This document shows, one piece after another, positions 56,672 to 64,000 of a DNA stretch of 64,000 nt. This DNA comes from Thermodesulfobacteriota bacterium (GTDB lineage: Bacteria; Desulfobacterota; Desulfobulbia; Desulfobulbales; SURF-16): NCBI GenBank assembly GCA_039714595.1, contig JBDLJA010000001.1:20459-84458 (forward strand), written 5' to 3'. The position numbers and the translations under genes were made by a program. The stretch's first letter is position 1; the number at the start of each line of letters is the position of its first letter. The notes under the pieces were generated by a model. The model ran no database searches, was not told where the DNA came from, and worked only from the letters and a program-made list of their open reading frames with translations.

Positions 56672-57927
56672 TCGTCGTAATCACGTTCCAGCTCAGGATA
56701 GAGGGGAAACTCCTCACAGAGCATCCGCACCTCCACCCGAATCCGGCCCAGCTCTTCCTTATTATCGCGGCCCGCAACAGCCCGGTTGATCCAATCACCC
56801 ACCTGGACCATCTCCGCTTCTTTCAGACCACGGGTGGTCACCGCCGGGGTGCCGATGCGGATACCACCGGTGACAAAACGGCTCTGGGTGTCAAAGGGAA
56901 CGGCATTTTTGTTGACGGTGAGGCCGGCCATCTCCAGGGCCTCCTCCGCCTCCTTGCCGGTCACATCCTTATTACTTAAGTTTACCAGGACCAGATGGTT
57001 GTCGGTGCCGCCGGAGACCAGCTTAAAACCATGGCCCAGCAGCGTCTCCCCTAACTTTCGACTATTTTTAACCACCTGGGCCTGATAGTCGCGATACTCT
57101 TTGGTCATCGCCTCGCGGAAGGCCACCGCCTTGGCGGCGATGACATGAACCAGTGGTCCGCCCTGGATGCCGGGAAAGATCTTGGAGTTGAGCTTCTTGC
57201 CAAACTCCTCGTCGGCCAGGATCAAGCCGCCTCTGGGGCCGCGCATGGTCTTATGGGTGGTGGTGGTGACAAAATGGGCCTGGCCCACCGGGCTGGGATG
57301 GACGCCAGCGGCCACAAGGCCCGCGATGTGAGCCATATCCACCATGAGCAGGGCGCCCACCTTATCGGCAATGGCCCGGAAAGCGGCGAAATCTATGGTG
57401 CGGGGATAGGCGCTGGCCCCGGCCACAATGAGCTTGGGCCGCTCTTGCTCGGCAATGCGCTCCACCTCGGCCATGTCGATCTGTTCGCTCTGCCGGTTGA
57501 GGCCGTAGGAGACAAAGTCAAAGAGCTGGCCGGAAAAACTCACCGAGGCGCCATGGGTCAGGTGGCCGCCATGGGCCAGGTCCATCCCCAGAACCTTATC
57601 ACCCGGATTCAGGCAGGCAAAGTAGACCGCCATATTGGCCTGACTGCCGGAATGGGGCTGAACATTGGCGTATTCGGCCTTAAACAACTCCTTAGCCCGG
57701 CTGATGGCCAGGGACTCCACCTCGTCAGCATACTCGCAGCCGCCATAATAACGTTTGCGGGGGTAACCCTCGGCGTACTTATTGGTGAAGATGGAGCCCT
57801 GCGCCTCCAGCACCGCCATGGAGACAATATTCTCCGAGGCGATGAGCTCCAGCTGGTGGGCCTGGCGCTCAAGCTCAAAGCGGATGGAGCGGAATATCTC
57901 GGAATCTGTTTCTTTTAAATAGGACAT
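56668..57927 (-). CDS. glyA: Serine hydroxymethyltransferase
   Basis: 419-aa ORF. Typical SHMT sequence including the [17 protein letters not shown]-lysine motif. Confidence 0.97.
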   Translation of the reverse strand: MSYLKETDSEIFRSIRFELERQAHQLELIASENIVSMAVLEAQGSIFTNKYAEGYPRKRYYGGCEYADEVESLAISRAKELFKAEYANVQPHSGSQANMAVYFACLNPGDKVLGMDLAHGGHLTHGASVSFSGQLFDFVSYGLNRQSEQIDMAEVERIAEQERPKLIVAGASAYPRTIDFAAFRAIADKVGALLMVDMAHIAGLVAAGVHPSPVGQAHFVTTTTHKTMRGPRGGLILADEEFGKKLNSKIFPGIQGGPLVHVIAAKAVAFREAMTKEYRDYQAQVVKNSRKLGETLLGHGFKLVSGGTDNHLVLVNLSNKDVTGKEAEEALEMAGLTVNKNAVPFDTQSRFVTGGIRIGTPAVTTRGLKEAEMVQVGDWINRAVAGRDNKEELGRIRVEVRMLCEEFPLYPELERDYDE

Positions 57928-57939
57928 TTTTTTACTTCA

Positions 57940-58386
57940 CTATTCTTGCAAGAACTCCCGGATCGAAAACATCTCAATGCGGGTGAGATGGCGACCGGCA
58001 GCGAAATTGGTGGTGAGCCAGGTGCGGACAATGTCCAGGGCCAGGCCAGGCCCCAGGACGCGGGCCCCCAGGCAGAGGACATTGGCGTCATTATGCTCCC
58101 GACTCATGCGGGCCGTGAAGGCTTCATTACAGAGGGCGGCACGAATCTCCGGGTGACGGTTGGCCGCCATGGACATGCCGATGCCGGTACCACAGATCAG
58201 GATACCCATGGTGCTGCTCCCCTCTTTGACCTGCTCACAGACCAACTGGGCAAAGTCAGGGTAATTGACCGAGGCCACCGAGTTGGTACCGCAATCCTCC
58301 ACCTCGTGCCCCAGATCGGCCAGCAGGGAGACCACATCCTGCTTCAGCTCATAACCACCGTGATCACAGCCTATTGCGATTTTCAC
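57940..58386 (-). CDS. rpiB: Ribose-5-phosphate isomerase B
   Basis: 148-aa ORF. MKIAIGCDHGGYELK...GILICGTGIGMSMAANR. Confidence 0.93.
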   Translation of the reverse strand: MKIAIGCDHGGYELKQDVVSLLADLGHEVEDCGTNSVASVNYPDFAQLVCEQVKEGSSTMGILICGTGIGMSMAANRHPEIRAALCNEAFTARMSREHNDANVLCLGARVLGPGLALDIVRTWLTTNFAAGRHLTRIEMFSIREFLQE

Positions 58387-58391
58387 CTTTT

Positions 58392-59633
58392 TTAACCCTC
58401 AAAACGTTTCATGATGATAACCCCATTGGTCCCGCCAAAACCAAAGGAGTTGGACATGGCGGCCCGCATGGCCATATCCCGGGCCACACCCGGCACATAG
58501 TCGAGATCACACTCAGGGCCGGGGTTCTCCAGGTTCATGGTGGGCGGGGCCACCTGATGGTGGAGGGAGAGGGCGGTGAACACCGCCTCGATACCACCGG
58601 CGCCACCCAGCATATGACCGGTCATGGACTTGGTGGAGGAGATGGCCAATTTTTCGGCATGGTCGCCGTACACCTTCTTAATGGCCCGGGTCTCCACCAC
58701 GTCGTTTAAGGGGGTGGAGGTGCCATGGGCGTTGATGTAATCGATATCTTCAGGGTTCATACCGGCATCATTTAAGGCCATCTCCATGCAGCGCACCGCG
58801 CCATCGCCATCCTCGGGCGGAGCGGCGATATGGTAGCCGTCACCGGAAAGACCATAACCCGCCATCTCGGCATAGATCTTGGCCCCCCGGGCCTTGGCAT
58901 GCTCCATCTCCTCCAGGATCAGGATACCGGCACCCTCGGAGATGATGAAGCCGTCCCGGTCCTTATCAAAGGGGCGGGAGGCGCGGGTGGGGTCGTCGTT
59001 GCGCTTGGAGAGCGCCTTCATGGAGTTGAAGCCGCCCACGGCCAAGGGGCAGACCACCGACTCGCTGCCGCCGGTAAAGGCCACGTCGCAGAAGCCGCCG
59101 GCAATGGAGCGAAACGCCTCGCCCACGGCGTGGGTGCCAGCGGCACAGGCGGTGGTGGTGGACATATTGGGGCCTTTGGTCTTATGGAAGATGGAGATCT
59201 GCCCGGCCCCCATATTGGGGATTACCATGGGGATGAAGAAGGGGGTGATCCGCCGGGGCCCGCGGTCCAGGGCAATCTTATGGTATTTCTCAATGGTGGG
59301 CAGACCACCGAGGCCGCAACCAACGATGGAACCAACCCGCGGGCCGTTTTCATCGCTGATAACAAAACCGGAGTCATCGATGGCCATCTGGGCCGCGCCC
59401 AGGGCGTACTGGACAAAGAGGTCCAGGTGCTTGGCCGCCTTGGCATCAACATAATCGGTAACCTGAAAGTCATCGACCTCGGCAGCGATCTTTACGGCAT
59501 GTTCGCTGGCGTCAAAACGGGTGATGGGGCCCACCCCGCTTTTACCTTTGCACAAACCATCCCAGGTCTTAGCAACTCCTGTTCCCACTGGCGTCACCAG
59601 ACCAAGGCCGGTGACCACTACTCGACGTCCCAT
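58392..59633 (-). CDS. fabF: 3-oxoacyl-ACP synthase II
   Basis: 413-aa ORF. Active-site ACAAG Cys, HGTSTPLND and GHMLGGAG His motifs. Confidence 0.96.
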   Translation of the reverse strand: MGRRVVVTGLGLVTPVGTGVAKTWDGLCKGKSGVGPITRFDASEHAVKIAAEVDDFQVTDYVDAKAAKHLDLFVQYALGAAQMAIDDSGFVISDENGPRVGSIVGCGLGGLPTIEKYHKIALDRGPRRITPFFIPMVIPNMGAGQISIFHKTKGPNMSTTTACAAGTHAVGEAFRSIAGGFCDVAFTGGSESVVCPLAVGGFNSMKALSKRNDDPTRASRPFDKDRDGFIISEGAGILILEEMEHAKARGAKIYAEMAGYGLSGDGYHIAAPPEDGDGAVRCMEMALNDAGMNPEDIDYINAHGTSTPLNDVVETRAIKKVYGDHAEKLAISSTKSMTGHMLGGAGGIEAVFTALSLHHQVAPPTMNLENPGPECDLDYVPGVARDMAMRAAMSNSFGFGGTNGVIIMKRFEG

Positions 59634-59825
59634 AACATCCTCATCCGTATATGATGACCCATCGGCAGCCCCTTTATGTTACACAAGGTTGACTGCCAAT
59701 GTTCAATGGCACAAACGCCTTGCCGCCGTTATCGTAATAACAGCGGCAAGGCGCAGGTAAAAAACAAACTATACCGTTCCCCCCTCAAGCCATAACATGC
59801 GGCCAGTGAGGGGCAAGGACAATTA

Positions 59826-60053
59826 CTACAGGCTGGAGATGTGATCCATGGCGTCCTTGACGGTGGTGATCTTCTCAGCCACCTCGTCGGCAATCTCGGT
59901 ATCAAAGGTCTCTTCCATGGCCATGATCAGCTCCACCAGGTCAAGGGAGTCGGCGCCAAGATCATCAACAAAAGAGGCAGAGGGCACAACCTTGGCCTTA
60001 TCAACACTGAGTTGCTCGGCAATGATATCGATCAATTGTTCTTCAACAGACAT
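59826..60053 (-). CDS. acpP: Acyl carrier protein
   Basis: 75-aa ORF with the [12 protein letters not shown] phosphopantetheine attachment motif. Confidence 0.96.
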   Translation of the reverse strand: MSVEEQLIDIIAEQLSVDKAKVVPSASFVDDLGADSLDLVELIMAMEETFDTEIADEVAEKITTVKDAMDHISSL

Positions 60054-60170
60054 AATATTCTCCTATAAATAGGTTCAAGAAGGTAAGAGTTACTATTTTG
60101 ATATTTGAGGGGAAGTCTTTGCCCGCCCCCCTGCTCAACTTTCTATATCCACACTGCAAATCCTAACAAA

Positions 60171-60917
60171 CTAGCCCATATACATACCGCCATTGACATG
60201 GATAAACTGGCCGGTAATATAGTTGGCGTCCTCGGAAACCAGAAAGGCCACGGCGCCGGCGATGTCATCGCCACTACCCATGGACTTCATGGGGATCTCA
60301 GAGAGGATGATCTCCTTGACGTCGTCAGAGAGATCCTTGGTCATATCGGTATCGATATAGCCAGGCGCCACCCCATTAACCGTGATCCCGCGACTGGCAA
60401 GTTCCTTGGCCGTGGAGCGGGTAAGCCCCACCAGGCCCGCCTTGGCCGCCGAGTAATTAACCTGACCGGCGTTGCCGGCAAAACCGATGACCGAGGTCAC
60501 GGAAACTATCCGGCCCCAGCGCTGCTTCATCATGGGGCGACTGGCCGCCTTGATACAGTTAAAGGCGCCCTTCAGGTTGGTATCCAGCACCGCGTCCCAG
60601 GCCGCCTCCTTCATCATGGCCAGAAGGCCATCCCGGGTGATGCCGGCATTATTTACCAGAATATCCACCCGGCCATGGTCGGCCATGATCTGTTTGAAGG
60701 CTGCCTGCACTTCACCATAATCAGCAACATTGAATTTGTAAACGGCTGGCGTGCCACCCGCCGCAGTAACCTGGGCCGCAACCTCATCGGCCGCTGAAGA
60801 GTTACTCACATAGTTGATAACCACTGTGGCGCCGGCCGCGGCCAGGCGCAGACAGATGGAACGGCCGATACCACGACTGCCGCCGGTAACCACGGCCACC
60901 TTACCCGTCAAATCCAT
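60171..60917 (-). CDS. fabG: 3-oxoacyl-ACP reductase
   Basis: Start at MDLTGKVAVVTGGSRGIG (ATG comp 60915-60917, AGGTGA SD; the track start is a GTG 3 codons upstream). SDR catalytic YSAAK. Confidence 0.94.
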   Translation of the reverse strand: MDLTGKVAVVTGGSRGIGRSICLRLAAAGATVVINYVSNSSAADEVAAQVTAAGGTPAVYKFNVADYGEVQAAFKQIMADHGRVDILVNNAGITRDGLLAMMKEAAWDAVLDTNLKGAFNCIKAASRPMMKQRWGRIVSVTSVIGFAGNAGQVNYSAAKAGLVGLTRSTAKELASRGITVNGVAPGYIDTDMTKDLSDDVKEIILSEIPMKSMGSGDDIAGAVAFLVSEDANYITGQFIHVNGGMYMG

Positions 60918-60996
60918 ACTTTTCACCTGATTTTTGCTATTTCTTCAGTTCAGTTTGAGAATCAAAAAATTACCGACAATCGCCGGCAAAAGAGCC

Positions 60997-62184
60997 CTAC
61001 TTGCCACTGCGCTCCTTCAGTTTTTCTAAGAGCGGCGGGAGCAGGTCAAAGACATCTCCCACCACCCCGTAGTCGGCCACATCGAAGATGGGGGCGTTCT
61101 TATCACGGTTGATGGCGACAATGGTTTCCGACGACTTCATGCCGATTACGTGCTGGATGGCACCGGAGATACCGCAGGCCACATAGAGCTTGGAGGCCAC
61201 CGTCTTGCCGGTCTGGCCCACCTGATGGGGATAACCGACCCAACCGCTGTCCACTGCCGCCCGCGACGCGCCCACGGCCGCGCCCATGGTATCGGCCAGC
61301 TCTTTAATCAGGTCAAAGCCCTGATCGGTCTCCAGACCCCGGCCGCCGGCCACCACCACCTCGGCCTCGGCCAGGTTAACCTCTTCACCAGCGCTTATCA
61401 CCGTCTCCACCACCCTGGTCCGCGACTTTAAGCGCTTAGCGCTCACGGACTCTGTGATAACCTCGCCGCTGCGGCTCTGGTCCGGGGCGGAGGCGGGGAA
61501 GACCATGGGGCGTACCGTGGCCATCTGGGGCCGATGGTTGGGGCACATGATGGTGGCCATGATGTTGCCGCCAAAGGCGGGCCGGGTCTGGTGGAGATGG
61601 CCGTCATCGCCCATGGCCAGCTGGGTACAGTCGGCGGTGAGACCGGTGTTGAGTGAGGTGGCCACCCGGGGAATAAACGAACGGCCAATGGCGGTGGCGC
61701 CGGCTAAGATCACCTCGGGCCTATGCTTTCTGGCCAGATCTTCCAGGGCGGCGCCATAGCTCTCATCGTTAAAATGGCTCAGGGCATCATCTTCAACCAC
61801 GTAGACCTGGTCGGCGCCGGCGGCGATGAGCTCCTGAGGCACATCACCGGAATCAGCGCAGAGGAGTACGGCGGACAGGGGCACCCCCCGCTTGTCGGCC
61901 AGATCGCGGCCAATCCCGAGGAGTTCCTGGGAAACCTGGGCCAGCTTACCCTGGCGATACTCGGCGTAGACCCAGATCCCGGCCCACTGGGAGAGATCGA
62001 TACCCGCCCCCTCCTCCCGGGGGATGGAGAGCGCCTCCACCTCGCACACATCCACGCAGGTGCCGCACAGGGTACAGTTATCATTGACCTGGGCCTTGCC
62101 ATCCTCCACGCTAATGGCGTCGAAGGGACAGTTCTCCTCGCAGAGGCCGCAGCCGATACAGGCATCTTTATCTATCTGTAACAT
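60997..62184 (-). CDS. etfA: Electron transfer flavoprotein alpha subunit with an N-terminal 2x[4Fe-4S] ferredoxin domain
   Basis: 395-aa [15 protein letters not shown] and [12 protein letters not shown] at the N-terminus, then an EtfA fold with FAD-binding [12 protein letters not shown]. Confidence 0.88.
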   Translation of the reverse strand: MLQIDKDACIGCGLCEENCPFDAISVEDGKAQVNDNCTLCGTCVDVCEVEALSIPREEGAGIDLSQWAGIWVYAEYRQGKLAQVSQELLGIGRDLADKRGVPLSAVLLCADSGDVPQELIAAGADQVYVVEDDALSHFNDESYGAALEDLARKHRPEVILAGATAIGRSFIPRVATSLNTGLTADCTQLAMGDDGHLHQTRPAFGGNIMATIMCPNHRPQMATVRPMVFPASAPDQSRSGEVITESVSAKRLKSRTRVVETVISAGEEVNLAEAEVVVAGGRGLETDQGFDLIKELADTMGAAVGASRAAVDSGWVGYPHQVGQTGKTVASKLYVACGISGAIQHVIGMKSSETIVAINRDKNAPIFDVADYGVVGDVFDLLPPLLEKLKERSGK

Positions 62185-62275
62185 ATCTTACACCTTCTCC
62201 CCCTGCCCCTAACGGCCAGACCAGAGCCTGAAAACCGGGGGACTAAGAGAATCTTTTTTACTGGAGTAGAAAAAA

Positions 62276-63064
62276 TTAAGAACCCAGGGCCGCCTCAAAG
62301 ATGATCTCGGCCAGCTTATCCACCTGCTCCGTGACACTGCCTTCAATCATGGTGCGCTCACCCTTCTTCTCCGGCGGGAACACCTTGACCACCTGGGTGG
62401 GGGAGCCGCCCAGCCCCAGCTGACTCTCATCCGCCTCAATATCGGCGGCAGTGAGGCTTGCGACCTGATAATCTTTGGCCCGCTTCAGGCCGCGCAGGGA
62501 GGGGAAGCGGGGGGTGTTAATCTCCTTGACCACGGTGAGCAGGGCCGGCAGATCCACCTCCAGCACGTCGTAGCCGTCATCCATCATCCTCTCCAGGGTG
62601 AGCACCCCGTCAGAGACAGTGTGCACCTTCTTGACACAGGTGACAAAGGGCATATCGAGGCGCACGGCCAGCCCCGGGCCAACCTGGGCCGTATCACCGT
62701 CGGTGGCCTGCTTACCGCAGAGAACCAGATCAGGGTTGGCCACCTTGGCCACGGCCTGGGCCAGGGTATAGGTGGTGGCCAGGGTGTCGGCCCCGGCAAA
62801 GGCGCGGTCGCTGACGAGGTAGGCCTCATCGGCCCCGCAGGAGATCGCCTCACTCAGGATGGCCGCGGCCTGGGGCGGACCCATGGAGAGCACGGTAAGG
62901 CTGCCGCCATACTCCTCCTTGAGGCGCACCCCCTCTTCTAAGGCATGCCGGTCATAGGGATTAATCACCGACTTCACCCCCTCGCGCGACAGGGTGTTGG
63001 TCTCAGGGTCCAGCCGGACATCCTTGGCATCCGGCACCTGTTTTATACAGACGACGATATTCAT
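62276..63064 (-). CDS. etfB: Electron transfer flavoprotein beta subunit
   Basis: 262-aa ORF. MNIVVCIKQVPD...LVLCGKQATDGDTAQVG is typical EtfB. Confidence 0.92.
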   Translation of the reverse strand: MNIVVCIKQVPDAKDVRLDPETNTLSREGVKSVINPYDRHALEEGVRLKEEYGGSLTVLSMGPPQAAAILSEAISCGADEAYLVSDRAFAGADTLATTYTLAQAVAKVANPDLVLCGKQATDGDTAQVGPGLAVRLDMPFVTCVKKVHTVSDGVLTLERMMDDGYDVLEVDLPALLTVVKEINTPRFPSLRGLKRAKDYQVASLTAADIEADESQLGLGGSPTQVVKVFPPEKKGERTMIEGSVTEQVDKLAEIIFEAALGS

Positions 63065-63159
63065 ATCTTTTTCTTATCCTCGTGCACTGATTGGGGCAGC
63101 CGGCCATCAACAACAGTGGCCGCCCTCCCAGTTTTTGTGGCTAAACAAGTACAAAAAAA

Positions 63160-64000
63160 CTAGTTGTACTCTTTATTCAGTTCCTGGCCGATGACGTTAC
63201 GCTGAATCTGGTTGGTGCCCTCATAGATCTGGAGGATCTTGGCGTCACGCATCATCTTCTCCACCGGATACTCCCGCATGTAACCATAACCACCCATGAC
63301 CTGGACCGCGTCGGTGGCCACCTTCATGGCCGTATCGGTGGCCATCACCTTACACATGGCCGAGGCCTTGGACATATCCTTGGGGTGGGCGTCGATATGT
63401 TTGGCCGCCACATAGACCAAAGCGCGGGAGGCCTCGGTCTGGATGGCCATGTCGGCCAGCATGTGCTGCACCGCCTGAAAGGAGATGATGGGCTTGCCGA
63501 ACTGGACCCGCTGCTTGGCATAGACCGTGGCCTCGTCCAGGGCGCCCTGGGATAGGCCCACACCCAAGGAGGCGATGCCGGGCCGCGACTTGTCCAGGGT
63601 CTTCATGACGGTGATAAAACCCGCCCCCCGCCGGCCGATCATCCGGCTCTTGGGGATGCGGCAGTCCTTGAAGATCAGTTCGGTGGTGGCCGAGGTGCGG
63701 ATACCCAGCTTCTTCTCCTTGGGGCCGGCGGAAAAGCCGGGGTCATCACTCTCCACCACAAACATGGTGGCGCCCCGTGGCCCCTTATGGGGATCGGTCA
63801 TGGCGATAACCGTATAGATATGGGCCTGACCGCCGTTGGTGATCCACTGTTTGGTGCCGTTTAAGACCCAGTGATCGCCATCCTCCACCGCCGTGGTCTG
63901 GATGCCGCTGGCGTCCGAGCCGGCATTGGCCTCGGTGAGGGCAAAGGCCGCCCTCTTCTCGCCCGTGGCGATCAGCGGCAGATAATGTTCTTTCAGCTCC
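63160..64000 (-). CDS. Acyl-CoA dehydrogenase, C-terminal ~280 codons (5' end beyond window)
   Basis: The reading frame stays open upstream of the track's GTG at 63888 to the window edge (..FALTEANAGSDASGIQTTAVEDGDHWVLNGTKQWITNG). The C-terminus has YEGTNQIQRNVI. Confidence 0.9.
   Translation of the reverse strand, partial: ELKEHYLPLIATGEKRAAFALTEANAGSDASGIQTTAVEDGDHWVLNGTKQWITNGGQAHIYTVIAMTDPHKGPRGATMFVVESDDPGFSAGPKEKKLGIRTSATTELIFKDCRIPKSRMIGRRGAGFITVMKTLDKSRPGIASLGVGLSQGALDEATVYAKQRVQFGKPIISFQAVQHMLADMAIQTEASRALVYVAAKHIDAHPKDMSKASAMCKVMATDTAMKVATDAVQVMGGYGYMREYPVEKMMRDAKILQIYEGTNQIQRNVIGQELNKEYN

Noticed and set aside
1-64000. Looked for tRNA (including selC), rRNA, tmRNA, RNase P, SRP RNA, CRISPR repeats, transposase/integrase genes, and toxin-antitoxin or known defence-system genes.
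   Set aside because: I could recognise none by eye: no T-arm GGTTCGAATCC-like sequences, no regularly spaced direct repeats, and no DDE/tyrosine recombinase motifs. A tRNAscan/Infernal/CRISPR-finder run would be needed to exclude them formally.

Overview
GC-rich 64-kb chromosomal segment with about 58 protein genes, most on the minus strand. I saw no rRNA, tRNA, CRISPR array or transposase gene. The gene content suggests an anaerobic Desulfobacterota (deltaproteobacterial, Desulfobulbales-like) genome: a c7-type multihaem cytochrome with NrfC/NrfD-type partners, a sigma-54 promoter, an amphi-Trp/XXXCH protein and several UGA-recoded genes. This taxon call is inference only.

Layout:
- 1-9.4 kb: signalling cluster. 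It holds a partial CheB-like gene, a REC-DUF4388-TPR-REC protein, REC-PP2C, REC-histidine kinase, a UDP-sugar pyrophosphorylase, a GT1 glycosyltransferase and RsbW/RsbV-like partner-switching proteins.
- 9.8-15.8 kb: envelope genes (MscS, small OM-type protein, YihY/BrkB, DUF748/AsmA-like).
- 15.8-30.3 kb: housekeeping (typA, kinase pair, ahcY, metK, ispG, proS, rel, pfk).
- 30.4-35.4 kb: redox island. It holds a HesB-like selenoprotein, a candidate Zn-ribbon selenoprotein, a Tat FeS protein, a hexahaem cytochrome, an NrfD-like protein and a Cys-rich MerR.
- 35.5-40.2 kb: HNH, folC, UvrD-like helicase.
- 40.1-44.1 kb: nikR plus a Nik/Cbi ECF nickel transporter, coupled to a PHP phosphatase.
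- 44.3-45.6 kb: triple-rhodanese lipoprotein.
- 49-61 kb: ftsK, nusB-rib operon, nrdR, glyA, rpiB and fab genes.
- 61-64 kb: ferredoxin-fused EtfAB plus acyl-CoA dehydrogenase, which runs off the window end.

Main hunt result: three in-frame UGA codons are best read as selenocysteine, and the ORF track splits or misses all three. One gene belongs to the known HesB-like selenoprotein family. One is a rhodanese with Sec in the active-site loop. One is a small CxxC...CxxC protein with no family I recognise.

Other points:
- a 238-bp MITE-like palindromic element lies upstream of metK;
- a perfect sigma-54 promoter splits an orphan FeS/hexahaem/NrfD module;
- the nickel-transporter ATPase carries a His-rich tail;
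- a partner-switching set has no sigma factor nearby;
- two unusually long ORF-poor spacers are rich in perfect hairpins.

All family assignments come from reading motifs by eye. No database search was run.
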